A stretch of DNA of 64,000 nucleotides, from the NCBI RefSeq assembly GCF_030144855.1, contig NC_082716.1, positions 74,834,001 to 74,898,000 of the forward strand, read 5' to 3'. This document shows, piece by piece, positions 24,849 to 37,597 of this stretch (the stretch's first letter is position 1; every line of letters begins with the position of its first letter). Both the position numbers and the translations under genes were made by a program. This DNA comes from Hypanus sabinus (taxonomy: Eukaryota). The notes under the pieces are model-generated. The model worked only from the letters and a program-made list of their open reading frames with translations, ran no database searches and was not told the DNA's origin.

Positions 24849-26449
24849 GAGTGAAAATAAAACAATTTTACTACTTCAACAAGTTAGAAACAATAAAGAA
24901 TTAAGGTATTGACAATCATCTTGGAATGTTACAATGAAAAGGAAGATCTGAAGAATACAATCGTCAAAAAAATCATTGTATAAAGGCATGCCATTATCTG
25001 CACTAGATGCCTCTGCTGAATCAAAAGAACATGGCAGTGTACAATGGATGAACTTCTCCATGGATAACTGGTAGGAACTAATAAAACTGTGTATAATACA
25101 GTAGTAGTATTGGCAATGTTCTAAATTGTTCTGTATTATTTAAAATACATAAATATGTACTCAGTTAAACAGTAGTTTGTCTTTTTTAACTATTTCCATG
25201 AAACTTCAGCTAATTGGAGCAGCTGCTTAATTGGACCAAATGTATTGGTCCCAAAGTGTCCTAATTAACTGGAATCCACTGTATTTCAACAAGCATGAGG
25301 TATTGCTGCAAAAATTATTTTATTAAGATTTATTATTATTCACAAGACAAATACAACCATAATTGAACACATAAATGTTTTTGCAAATGTCTTTTCAGAA
25401 ACTTGCAAAACTTGATGCTTCAGACCATTCATTGCCTTATGCTTTTCCAACAACTTTATTTTCCCCAAAGCCAGGAAGTACTCCAGGAATGCCCTGCATT
25501 TGTTACTGATTAGCTCCTTAAACTCAAAGTCTTTGTCACCAACTACTACAGTTTCTCCTTGATACAAAGACCAAGAACTTCTTCACAAATGCAAAATATA
25601 GTGGACTTCAAGGTTGTCCATACATGGTGGACAATGGAGCTTTCAGAATGTCCATTATGCATTGTCTAATGAGAGCTGTCGTTGAAGGGTTCATCAGAGC
25701 TTTGTCACTGAAGTTTTGTGAATGGTTGGTAGCTGACTGTATTTAAGATAGAAATGCACGACAGGTAGCACTGTAATGTTTTACCTTAGCAACCTTCCTC
25801 CCCTGTTCCAGCCCTCAAATACAAAACACTTGATTCAGTACCATTCATTGTTCCAATCCATGTAAACTGCTTAATTTGTGGGTATTCTGGAGGAGCAATC
25901 CAGTCCAGAGATTGGTGGACAGACAGCATGACTTGAAGGTGCATAAGAAGAGACAGAGATTCTGATAGTAGTTAAATGGAAAATCAAAAATAATGATGTA
26001 GCTAAAGGGAAATCAGAGACCATCAAAGAGCAGTTGGCCGAAACCTCTCGATGCTGATACATGTGCTTCATACTAAATACTGCAATTTGGATGAAGCCAC
26101 ATACATTTTTATGAAAACTAGAAAACATTTCATTGTACAATGGTTATACATCACCATCTCCTTTACCATCGTAGTTTATCCAAACACTGAGCTCTAAAGA
26201 TTCCTTCTCCAAAGGCATTTGGTCATATTGAGCTTAATAAACAATGTTTCCAGCTAATCTATGTTTGAAAATTATAACACGGAAGCACAATCCAATTTTG
26301 TCCTACTGCCTAAGAGAATTGCTATTTGATAATTGATAAGCACAAATTCATGACCAGTCAAACAAAGTTCAAGCTAAGAAGCAGGGATCTTCGAAATTCC
26401 ACAAGGAAGAATTGAGACATAATAACCGTAGGCTACAAGTGTTTCAGAC

Positions 26450-26695
26450 TATTAAAAATTTTCCTCAACTCCACCATGGATGGTTCCGTCCAGCTACAAA
26501 AGAAGGGTCGAGCATCAGGCTAGCAACCCCATCCTGTAAAAACTCAGGGGCGTAGCAAAACCAACAGAAACTCCAATGACCTCATATCTGAGAGAAAAAG
26601 GATCTTTGTGAAGACGCAAGAGGGGCTACACCTAAGGACTCTGGTGAGCTACTGTCAATGGCCCAAGCCTCAGTAAGGATGATGGGCTTAAATTT
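26450..26695 (+). mobile_element. Short RTE-related retroposon
   Basis: Shares ctagcaacccc and the 3' motifs with the copy at 46165-46408. Confidence 0.5.
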
Positions 26696-26774
26696 AAAAA
26701 ATACTTCAGGAACACTTTTCTCAATCTAACTTTAACATCATTGTACAAAGACATACTATTTTGAATTCTCTCAC

Positions 26775-26921
26775 CTTTCTGTATTCTCTCAAAGCTTCTA
26801 CAGGATGAATGTTTCCGTAAGAGGTTTCATTATCAGTAAAGATAATGAACACATCTGCAACTGTTTGTGTCTTAATAGCCCATAACATCGGAAGTGCACA
26901 GTCAGTGGAACCAAATGGAAC
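26775..26921 (-). CDS. RO60: RO60 exon 8
   Basis: 147 nt; [49 protein letters not shown]. Confidence 0.96.
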
Positions 26922-27406
26922 CTATTGAAAGTGGTCAAAATAATCTGCAATGTTATATCAGTTTACTTTTATTACAATTTTCTTGAGGTAGCATTAGTAG
27001 GAATATTTAAAACAAAGATATTAATGAAATCAGAAGATAAAACTTATTAGTGGGAGAAAAACACTGGCCTGGATTTAAAGTTAAAAAACTGTAACTGAGG
27101 AATTTCATACAGAAATAAGAGAAACAACATGTGCCATGTTTGCAAGGATTGCTGCAAAAACAGAATTCTTTTTGACACACAGCACACTCTGAAAAGCAGA
27201 GGCCATGTTGAGTTAATAAAAATAAGACATGAACAATTAAAATAGTGGAAATTGCTGCACAAACTAATATTTAACAATATAACTTTAGGAAAGGGTTATT
27301 GTTGGTGACTAGGATATGTTCTTTACACAACTTCTGAAATAATCTTTTAAGCATTCAAGTCATTATTAATATATAAAACGTAAGTAGCAAAAATTACTAA
27401 AAGGTA

Positions 27407-28046
27407 CAGGTTAAGTGCCCCTTATCCAAAATTACAAAATCTGAAACCTCAGAAATCAAAAATTTTTTGAGCGCTGTCATGACGCCACAAATGGAAAATG
27501 CGATAAGGCACTGGGAAGGTTCCCAGTTGATGCACAGGTTTCTGTACACCATAGACTGTTCTGAGAAGTAACCTCACATATGTAATGAATAAAGTTAATG
27601 AAAAATAGAAAAACACTCCATAAAGTGAAAATTGAAGACCTCAATCATGTGTTGAAGGAGTGGATTTGTTAGCGCCAGAGTGAACATATATACCATTTAG
27701 TGGTATCCTGATCATGAAACAGCAAAGATCTATCATGACTCATTGAAAATTGAAGGTAATTGTGAATATTTAGCAGGCTGGTTGCAGAAATTTTTTAAAA
27801 GGTTTGTGGTGATAACAAGTCTGCTGATGGAAATTCATTGGGCAGTTTGCCAAGATAGTCACTGATGAAAATCTAACATGCTGAACAACTGCATCAGTAT
27901 GTTTGTGTGATGAACGTGCAAGACAAGAACTGTTTAATGGTAGCACATAAATTCAGAGTTCAGCAATCCCAAGTTATCTCATTATGTATTTCAAAATCCA
28001 GAAAACTTCTAGCCTAAACCATTTCGGATAAGGGGTACTCAATCTG
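27407..28046 (+). mobile_element. Tigger (CENP-B HTH) DNA transposon derivative
   Basis: TIRs caggttaagtgccccttatccaaaat / atttcggataaggggtactcaatctg with a 5' TA. Remnants include IEDLNHVLKEWI and AGWLQKFFKR. Confidence 0.8.
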
Positions 28047-28140
28047 CACTGATCCTTTTGTGCATGTCCCACTGAACTCTGCGTAACTGATAACAGAAAA
28101 AAGACAAACTAAGAAAATTGATAAAAAAAAATTATATTAC

Positions 28141-28254
28141 CGCACGCATCACAGCTAATACTTTATCCAGTGCCATTTCTGAAGTGATGTGTATTGGAAC
28201 AATTTCATTGGAAAAAGCAACAATTGTAGAGTTGGATTCTGTTTGTGTAACAAC
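28141..28254 (-). CDS. RO60: RO60 exon 7
   Basis: 114 nt; VVTQTESNSTIVAFSNEIVPIHITSEMALDKVLAVMRA. Confidence 0.93.
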
Positions 28255-28457
28255 CTAAAAAAAGTAATCAATGTGTTATTGAACATTTCAATGACATTAC
28301 CAGCATGGATAAAAAAAAAGCATTAAAAACAAATGAGAATCTGGCTCTTATAATTAGAGACTAATCCCTAAAACCTAGGCGATTAGGGTAACTCTCACTG
28401 AGCTGGATTATTATTTTCAACTTTGGGTCCAATAATTCTGGATGTAAAACCCTAGAG

Positions 28458-28820
28458 CATAGGTGTCAAACTCAAGGCCCGCGGGCCATATCCGGCCCGG
28501 CGTACAATTATATCCAGCCCGCGAGATCATTTTAGATAGATCTATTATTTTAGTTATTAATGGCCTGGTGATATGAAGCCTATGATTGTAAGTTAATACC
28601 AATCATAAAAATAATGCTTGCTCAGCAGTCTTCTTCATAAGAAACGGGATTTGTGAAATGAAACACTTTGTAGTTATAGCAGAGACTGAGACACATGAGA
28701 ACAGGCTGAAAAAACGGAGGCAATGAAAGCTGCGTTCGCACGCACCCGACTGATCCGGCCCGCATGAAGCTGCATTTTGCCCAATCCGGCCCATGACCTA
28801 AAATGAGTTTGATACCCCTG
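28458..28820. mobile_element. hAT Charlie-type MITE
   Basis: TIRs cataggtgtcaaactca / tgagtttgatacccctg; perfect 8-bp TSD CCCTAGAG. Confidence 0.88.
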
Positions 28821-29067
28821 CCCTAGAGAGTTGATAGAAAATTTAACATAACTAAAGAGATACAGGGATGATAGAATACAGCTATGGCAATTAACTGGTA
28901 AAGTACTTAAAGGAAAAAAGGGTTGAGGACCTTCAGTGATATGGATAGACTAGTAAAGTTGTGATAATTCTTGTAACAGGCAAGATTGCACCTTGGACAG
29001 GTATAGAAATAACAACTTTGTAGCTTCTGTAATATTGATTGGCATCTCCTTAGTGCAAAGCGTTTGG

Positions 29068-31420
29068 ATTGAAATGAATTGAATTGACTTTATATCTTAT
29101 ATCCTTCACATACACGAGGAGTAAAAATCTACATTACGTCTCTGTCTAAACGTGCAATCATAGTAATTTATAATAAGTAGAACAGTCACTGTAACATCGA
29201 AATACACTCAAATCAGCACGAGTTAATCAGTCTGACAGCCTGGTGGAAGAAGTTGACCTGGAGCCCATTGGTCCTGGCTTTTATGCTGCAGTACCGTTTC
29301 CCCGATGGTAGCAGCTGGAATAGATTGTGGTTGGGGTGACTCAGGTCCCCAATGATCCAAAGGGCCCTTTTTACACATCTGGCGTTGTAACTGTCCTGAA
29401 TCATGGGAATTTCACAACTACCGATGTGCTGGACTGCCTGCACCACTCTCTTTAGAATCCTGTGATTAAGGGAGGTACAGTTCCCATACCAGGCTGTGAT
29501 GCAGCCAGTCAGGATGCTCTCAATTGTACCCCTGTAGAAAGTTCTTAGGATTTGGGGGCCCATACCAAACTTCTCAACTGTCTGGAGGTGAAACAGGCAC
29601 AGTTGTGCCTTCTTCACCACACAGCTGATGTGTACAGACCTCGTGAAGTCCTCAGTGTTGTGGATGCCAAGGAGCTTACTGTTCACCCTCCCTCAACCCC
29701 GGATCCATTGATGTCAATAGGGGTTAGCCCATCTCCATTCCTCCTGTAATCCACACCTAGCTCCTTTGTTTTTGTGACATTGAGGGAGAGGTTGTTTTCT
29801 TGACACAACACAAGCACCCTTCTTCTCCAGATGCATAACGACCGTAGGTAGAGCAGTGGCTATTACGTCGTCTGTCGATCGATTGTGTCAGTAGGCGAGT
29901 TGTAGGGGGTCCAGGTTGGGTGGAAGCATGCTGCAAATGTAGTGCTTGACCAGCCTCTCAAAGCATTTGCTTATTATTGAGGCGAGTGCGACAGGATACC
30001 AGTTGTTCAGGCATGTTACCTTGGTCTTTTTTGGTACAGGGACAATGGTGGAAAATTTGAAGCAGGAGGGCACTCTTTACTGGGAGAGGGAGAGATTAAA
30101 AATGTCAGTAAACACACCTGCTAGTTGTGCTGCACACATCCTGAGTACTTGCCCTGGGATGTCATCTGGTGCCACAGCCTTATGACTGTCCACTCATTGG
30201 AAACATCTGTGTACCTCAGCCTCAGAGATAACCAGGTTACAGGTTGTAGCGGTGGCTTTCCTCAGAGGCTCAGAGTTAGCTTCATTGAACCGAGCTTAAA
30301 AGCAATTAAACTATTCTGGGAGAGAGGCCGCAATGTTGGTGGCACCACTACATTTGGCTTTGAAGTCTGCAATGGTATGCAACCATCGTCACAAATTACA
30401 TGTGTTACTCGTTGTGAATCTTGACCCAATCTTTAATCTATATTGTTTCACAGCCTTAATAGCTTTGCACAGATCGTAGCTGCTTTCCTGGAGCTCCTGT
30501 TGACTGCTGGCAGCATAAGCTCTGTGTCGCGCGGTAAGTGCTGCCCACAAAGAACTACTGATCCAGGGTTTCTGGTTCAAGAAGACCCTGAACAACTTCT
30601 GGGGACAACATCATTGCTGCACCTCCGAAAGAAGCACATGACTCCATCCATGAACTCGCAGACATCCTCATCATGGAAGATATCCCAGTCGACGTCATCA
30701 AAACAGTCCTGCAGCATGGAGACTGACTGGTCAGACCAAGAGTGGACGGTTTTAATTATGGCCACCTCGTTTCAGCTTCTGCTTGTACATTGGCAAAAGA
30801 AGGATCGAAGAGTAATGTGATTTTCCAAAAGCTGGGTGAAGGAGAGCTTTGTAAGAATTGCGGAAGGGATTGTAGCAGGGGTCAAGTGTCTTCTCTCCAC
30901 GAATGTTTACCTGGATGTGCTGACAAGACTTCAGAGAGACTTTCGTCAGCAGCACTCAATTAAAGTCACCGGCAACGAGGAAGGCAGCCTCTGGGTGTGC
31001 AGTCTCCAGTGTGCTGATGGTCTCGTACAGTTCCTTGAGAGCCTGGTCAGTATCAGCCTGCGGCAGAATGCACACTACTGTGATAACAGCTGTGAACTTC
31101 CTAGGCAGCCAGTAGGGTCTGCACAGCAGCACCAAGTATTCCAGGTGCAGGGAACAAAAGGATTTGAGGGCAAGCACATTCTGGAGGGTGCATCAAGCAT
31201 TGTTGACCATGAAGCATATCCCTCCTCCCTGACTCTTCCCAGAGAGGTTTTTTGACCTGACAACCCAGAACAGGGAGAACCCAGAGGTTCAACAACATGG
31301 TCCAGTATCCCCTCCGTCAGCCACGAATCACAAAATGTTACATTCCTCTGTTTCCCCACTGGTAGGGGATTCTGGCTTTCAGTTCACACAGCTTGTTGTC
31401 CAGGAACTGAACATTAGCCA
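29068..31420 (-). mobile_element. Rex1/Babar LINE, internally deleted
   Basis: AFLVAGDFN, TIVPVPKKTKVTCLNNWYPVAL and FYRGTIESILTGCITAWYGNCT motifs; (TTCAA)n tail. Confidence 0.88.
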
Positions 31421-31429
31421 GTGATGGGT

Positions 31430-33150
31430 GGAATTTGTTAGGTGCATCCAGGAATGATTTCTGAGACAGTACGTCGGATGGCTGATTAAAAGAGAGGCCA
31501 TACTAGATTTAGTACAAGGCAATGAACCTGGACACATGACAAATCTCAGTGGGCAAATATTTCAGAGATAGTGACCATAACTACCTGACCTTTAGCATTG
31601 ACTGGGATAAGGATATGAGCAGACAATAATTGGGGGAAGGCTAATTATGACAATATTAGGCAGGAACTTGGGAACAGATTACTTAGGGAAACACACACCA
31701 GAAATGTAGAGGTTGTTAATGAATATTGGCATGGAATTCTGGGTAAGAAGGCAAGGTGGACCCAAGGTAAAAAAGTGAGGTAGAATATTTACTCAAGAAG
31801 GAGGAAGCATTCGTAAGGTTAGGATGCAAAAATCAGAGAGGGATTTTTAGAGTTATAAGGACGTCAAGAAGGATCTTAAGAGATTTAGAAGGATGGCAAA
31901 GGACATGAGAAAGCCTTTTCAAGCAGGATTAAGGAAAACCCAAACATATTCTACACGTACGTGAAGAACATGATAAACCACTCAGGGATAAAGAGGAAAG
32001 AAAGTACCAAGAGGCAGGTGAGGTAGCAGAGGTCTTGAATACTTGCTTTAGTAGTCAACAGGGTTAAGGTTCTATTTTTACAAATGCAAAGTCACCATAA
32101 AACAGGTTAATGTGCCGGAGCATGTTGAGGTTAAAAAAGAAGCAGAGTTGGTGCTTCTGAAAAATATTAGGTTAGATAAGTCTCCAGGGTCAGATAATGC
32201 CCAGGTTACTAAGGGAAGCAAAGGAAGAGATTGCTGGGGTGTTGACAATGACCTATGTGTCTTCTCTAGCCGTAGGAATGGTATCAGAGGATTGGAGAAC
32301 AGCAAATGTTGTTCTGTTGTTCAAGAAAGGTAATAGGGATAATCCTGAGAATAAAACAGACCAGTGAATCATACGTCAGTGATGGGCAAACTAATGGAGA
32401 AGATTCTTAGGGACATGATTTAAGCATTTGGAGAAGCATAATCTTAATAGGGATAGTCAGCGTTGCTTTGTGAGAGACCGATCCTGCCTCATGAGCCTAA
32501 TTGAGTTTTTAAGGTGCCAAAACAAATTAATGAAGGTAGAGCAGTTGATATGATGTATATGCATTTTAGTAAGGCATTTGACAAGGTTCTCAGAAAGTCA
32601 TGATGCCTGAGATCTATGGAAACTTAACCAAAAGGATTCTGATTCTGCTTTCCCCACAGAAAGCAGAGTGTATTAATAGATGGAGCATATTCTACCTGGA
32701 GGTCAGTGACTAGTGGTGTTCCACAGGAATCAGTTCTGGGATCCAGGCTCCTTGTGATTTTTATAAGTGGCTTGGATGAGGAAGTGAAAAGATGCGTTAC
32801 TAAATTTGCAGATAACACGAAGATTGGAAGTGCTATGGGTGGTGTTGAAAGTTGTCATAGGTGGCATTCACAACACCCTAGGTTGAAAGGTTCAATGTTG
32901 TAGGTTATGCAGGATCTGAGAGATATACTTGTAAGAAGAGTATAGATAGAAGGAAACTTCCCATTGGCAGAATGTATCAAGAACAGGGACAGAATGAAGG
33001 AGATTGACTGAAGTGATACAAGAAAAACATTTTCTTAATGCACGAGTGGTTAGGATTTATAATGCACTGCTGGGGATAATACTGGCAGCAGATTCAACTG
33101 TAGTAGTCAGAAGTATATAAAAGTAAAGAAATTGCTTGACTATAGGCTTA
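31430..33150 (+). mobile_element. Degenerate CR1 LINE
   Basis: IRLDKSPGSD and SGVPQESVLG...KFADNTKI motifs. Confidence 0.8.
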
Positions 33151-33603
33151 TTTTAAATGCTGTTAGGTGATTTTATTTTTTTAAAACCTCTCTGGACATC
33201 AGAAACATTCAGAAGCACCTAAGAATGTGACAGCTTTAACAATCAGTGGAGTTAGGGTGCATATTTACCATCTGTCAAAGATTTCCAGAGAGATTTGGTG
33301 AGTGGGGCTTGTTCTGGCCTATTCATCCATCTCCATTACATCTTTTGCGGACCATGCACATCTGAGGAACCAGTACATTAATCAGCTTTGACGTAACCCA
33401 GCCCACAGATCTGAATCAGTTAAATCAGGGACAATAAGCAGTGAGTGCAGGAAACAAAATCCATTTGGAAAAAAATCCAGTCACTTGACAAATGAAGTCA
33501 CTTCTAGCTCTCATGGTTAGTACAGTTGGCCCTCCTTATCCGCAGTTTCTGCGTGCGTGGATTCAACCAACAGTGGAATGGGAAAACCCAGAAGTTGTCT
33601 CTT

Positions 33604-33763
33604 NNNNNNNNNNNNNNNNNNNNNNNNNNNNNNNNNNNNNNNNNNNNNNNNNNNNNNNNNNNNNNNNNNNNNNNNNNNNNNNNNNNNNNNNNNNNNNNNN
33701 NNNNNNNNNNNNNNNNNNNNNNNNNNNNNNNNNNNNNNNNNNNNNNNNNNNNNNNNNNNNNNN
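33604..33763. other. Assembly gap (160 N), preceded by a Tigger-like TIR at 33523
   Basis: Run of N; TA-CAGTTGGCCCTCCTTATCCGC just upstream. Confidence 0.97.
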
Positions 33764-33942
33764 CGGAAAAAAAAAATGGAAAAAAAACTGACGGTAGCAG
33801 AATGTTGCATTTGCTATGGCCATAGGACTGAATTTGATGACACAAAACTACTGAGTTTTGTACACACACACACACAAATATATATACACACACATACATA
33901 CACACTCACTCACTCTACCAGACTAGACATGCCGAGGCATCA

Positions 33943-33983
33943 CCCCTGATGAAAATGGCAGAGTTTGTCATCGAAACATCGGT
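33943..33983 (+). ncRNA. Minimal type-I hammerhead ribozyme motif (Penelope-associated, partly decayed)
   Basis: cc-CTGATGA-aa-atggca-gagtt-tgtcat-c-GAAA-ca-TC-gg: intact core boxes and a 6-bp stem II. Confidence 0.6.
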
Positions 33984-34499
33984 TTAAATTGATACCTGTA
34001 CCCAGCTGGAAGCCTGATAAGAGTTTATTGATCCCTTTCTAACATTCTTAACTACATAAAAGGCATACTGCTCTGTGCAAATTTTGTTTCTCGATAAGCA
34101 TAGCGGGATTAAAAAAAAAGAAAAGTAGACAGGGAAGCAAACCATATGCTCCCTTTTGCCTGCTGTGCCATTTATAAGATGGATGATGATCTTCTAGCTC
34201 AATGTTACTCGCAGAATCAGAACCAGGTTTAGAATCACCTACATGTATTGTGAAATTTGTTAACTTAGTGGTAGCAGTACAATGCAATACATAATATAGA
34301 AAAATAAATCATTTACAATAATTATAAGTATATTAAATAGTTAAATTAAAAATAGTGCAAAAACAGAAACAATATAAAAAAGTGAGGTAATGTTCATGGG
34401 TTCAATGTCTATTTATGACATATATTAATCTCATATTCCTTTATTAATATCTAAAAATTCTGATTCCCAATTTAAATATACATACTTAACAACTGAGCC

Positions 34500-35285
34500 C
34501 CCGCACCTTCTTCAATAAGAAGAGGTAAAGCAGCTTTCGGAATGCTGTGAGCACAACAACTTGAGTCTCAATGTGGGCAAAACCAGAGATGATGTACGTC
34601 AGGAAGTGCAGGGTGACCACTCCTCAATGCACATACACTAAGAGCACTACTTCTTTGGTCAAGAAAGCCCAGCTGCGTCTCCACTTCCTGTGGAGTTTGA
34701 GGAAGCTGAGCCCTATTCTCCCGCCCCCCCCCCCTCCGCATTTTAAATTTTAACCAATTTTTTTTTATAGGAGTAACAGTGAAAGGTGCCCTGAACAGTT
34801 GCATTACTGCTGAGTACAGGAATTGCAAGGCACTTTTGTACAAGCCCCTACAAAAGATTGCAAGGACTCCTAAGGAGATCATTGGAGTCTCTATCACAGC
34901 CATTAGAGATATTTATCAGGATCACTATGTACCCAAGGCCCTTAGCATTGTCAATGATTATTCCCATCCATCCAAGTCTCTTTAACCCCCTACCATCAGA
35001 TGAGATACCACAGTATTAGGACAAGAACTGTTAGGGTGGGAAACAACTTCTTCCTCCAGGCTGTAAGACAATTAAACTCCCTGCCACCACTCAGGTCTCA
35101 CCATGTATGAAGCACTAGTAGTGTTATACTGTTTACTTTATAACTTGTATATGCAACTTATTAATTGGTAATTTATTTGTAGTAATATTATTTTATGTGT
35201 TGCATGTGTGAGTTATATGTACCATATTGTGCACCTTGGCAGTATTAATGTGTTGGTTGAATGACAATAAACTTGAACTTGAAGC
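34500..35285 (+). mobile_element. Rex1-like LINE 3' fragment
   Basis: SLVKKAQLRLHFL and CITAEYRNC motifs; aataaacttgaacttgaa tail. Confidence 0.75.
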
Positions 35286-36492
35286 AATTCCAAAAACTTA
35301 CTACATTCCAGGGTAGATGAGCCCCAAAAGAATTTTATGTGCTTCAACAAGATAAATCTTCCACTCTTTTAGTCTGGTTAGTTTCTCAAAAGCTAACCCT
35401 TCCTTCTTCTCCCCTGATCCCAAAAATCAATCTGATGGACAAATATCCCTCATGAGCATTATTTATTTCATTGAGAGACCAGACACAACATACCAGATAC
35501 AATCCCTTGAGGGCCACATATAATTCCAGGAAGATGCATTGTATCTTGCAATCAGATCTTCTTACAATAAAAATCAACATAACAAATTCCGTTATACCTG
35601 AACATTAGTTTTCAGCAATTTGTGTTAATAAGTGTCAACAGGTAAGAACACAAACACTTTCAATCTCACACCATTTAATAAATACCTTTTTGTCTTTTTA
35701 AATCACATTAGCTTCAATTCAAAGGGTTTAATTCTGAGGACAGAATGCACAAATTAAAGCTGGTTTCTCTGAAACTTGGATGATTTAAGGAGTGATTTGA
35801 TTGATAGAAAAACAATAATGTGGACTGAGAGTAATTCCATTGGAAGGGAGTATAATTTAAAAATTAGAATTGGACTTTAAGTAAATTCTTCTGTTGCTGC
35901 TGGCCAAGACAAGTCAGCAGCTAGCACCATTGCTTTGTCAGATTGCAGAGACCAGTCAATGCTTCAGCCCAATAACCTCTCTCGTATTAGGAAGACAGAT
36001 ATCAGGAGGACAGTACCACACACTTCGTGGAAGCAGAGACTGCTTAAGATTTGTGGACCACCACTTCTCATGCTTGCCTACTCTCTTCAGTTTCTGCTGA
36101 TTTATGAGCTGGGACAAACTTTCCAAAGATGAGCTAAAGAAGTGTCAAGAGAAAGCAATGACTGAACAGCACCATGCAGCTGGCTAAATGACAGAAATTT
36201 CAAAGAACGGATCTGACTATGTCAAGGCCACTATTTCTATTTCCCTCCAACTATATTAAAGATAAAGAAAATGGAAGTGGGATTATCTCTTCCAAAAGAG
36301 TCTGTAAATTATAAAGTTAGGAATTATGTAGGAATTCTCACTGCTAGGTATTTTGAACAATACTTTAAACTTTATTCCAATGCAGGAGAAAATATGAGTT
36401 AATGTAAAAGTTTATAGTGAAAAAAACTCCATAAACCTCAACAAAAATTTATAAATCACAAAAACAAGATTTGGTCTGTGAAACACTCTTAC

Positions 36493-36612
36493 CATTGACA
36501 TAACTGCTGCAACACTGTAGGCACAAAGAGCTCTGCATCCTAGAACCTGGCTACACATTGAAGAGCTTACATCCAAAGCCAATACAAAGTGCTTCCCTGT
36601 TGGCTCGATATT
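36493..36612 (-). CDS. RO60: RO60 exon 6 (MIDAS DxSxS)
   Basis: 120 nt after an 85-nt intron; NIEPTGKHFVLALDVSSSMCSQVLGCRALCAYSVAAVMSM. Confidence 0.95.
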
Positions 36613-36697
36613 CTGTAAAAACCAAAATAATTCAAATAATTACTATTTCACAAAATATGGTTGTCTTGAGAGTTGGAATATGACAATTTATCATTAC

Positions 36698-36835
36698 CTT
36701 AAAAGATTTATAAAATGCCTGATTTAGTGCCAGCAAAATATCTGAATTGGGGATCCACTTTAATTTTCCCCGGTTTGCTTTTCCTGTTTTGTATGTTTCA
36801 AGAGCCACCAAAATGTGAAATGGATGAATTCGAGC
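36698..36835 (-). CDS. RO60: RO60 exon 5
   Basis: 138 nt; [46 protein letters not shown]. Confidence 0.96.
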
Positions 36836-37597
36836 CTGAAAGTCAAAGGACAATAGATTATTGACAAAAATATGTCCTTGAAAGAGTTCAGAACTACACT
36901 GTGCAGTTTTTCCTCTGTCCAACATTTTTCTCAAATCTCTTGTATTTTTTTCTGGATTATCACTCAAAGTTATGGTTTTCGAGTTGTACCGTACCCAATA
37001 TTTCACTCCAGGGATCAGTGTTCATACTGTAGATGCACTTCAACAATCAGGGTCAATGGAATATTTGATTGTAGACTATCACAAATGAACTATGATTTGA
37101 CTCTGATCTAATTTTCATGCAGTATAAAATTCTCATCCTTTGGCTACATTAGCTAATGTGTCAATAGAAAATGAGTTTGTGTTTCTTCACCTTTGGACAT
37201 TGTTGGAATAATGTAGAAGGCTGAAGACACATGCCTGTGTGGGAATAGATGGAGAATTACAATGATTGATGCTTTGAGCCCCAGAACTGACCAGTTCTGA
37301 TACAGATCATCAAGTCAGAGTAACGTAGCTTGGAAACAGGACCTCTAGCCCAACTAGTCCATGCTGACAACAACATCCTTCCTGATAATCCCAGTTAGCC
37401 ACATTCAGCCCATAGCTCTCCAAGCCCCTCCCCTCAATGTAACTATCCCCTTAAATGTTGCAATTGTACCCATAGCAACCACATCCTTTGACAGCTCATT
37501 GTGCATACTAAATACGCTCTGTGTAAAGAAGTTGCCTCACAGGTCTCTCATAAATTGCTCCCCTTATATTTCAGAGCCTTCTAGTTTTGGTTTCCCC

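Larger units (their letters stand above)
18409..25281. mobile_element. Tigger/pogo-type non-autonomous DNA transposon hosting nested insertions
   Basis: TIRs CAGTGGATTCTGGTTAATTGGG and CCTAATTAACTGGAATCCACTG, each flanked by TA (18407-18408 and 25282-25283). Confidence 0.8.

Noticed and set aside
33492-33949. ORFs spanning poly-X
   Set aside because: Artefacts of the 160-N gap.
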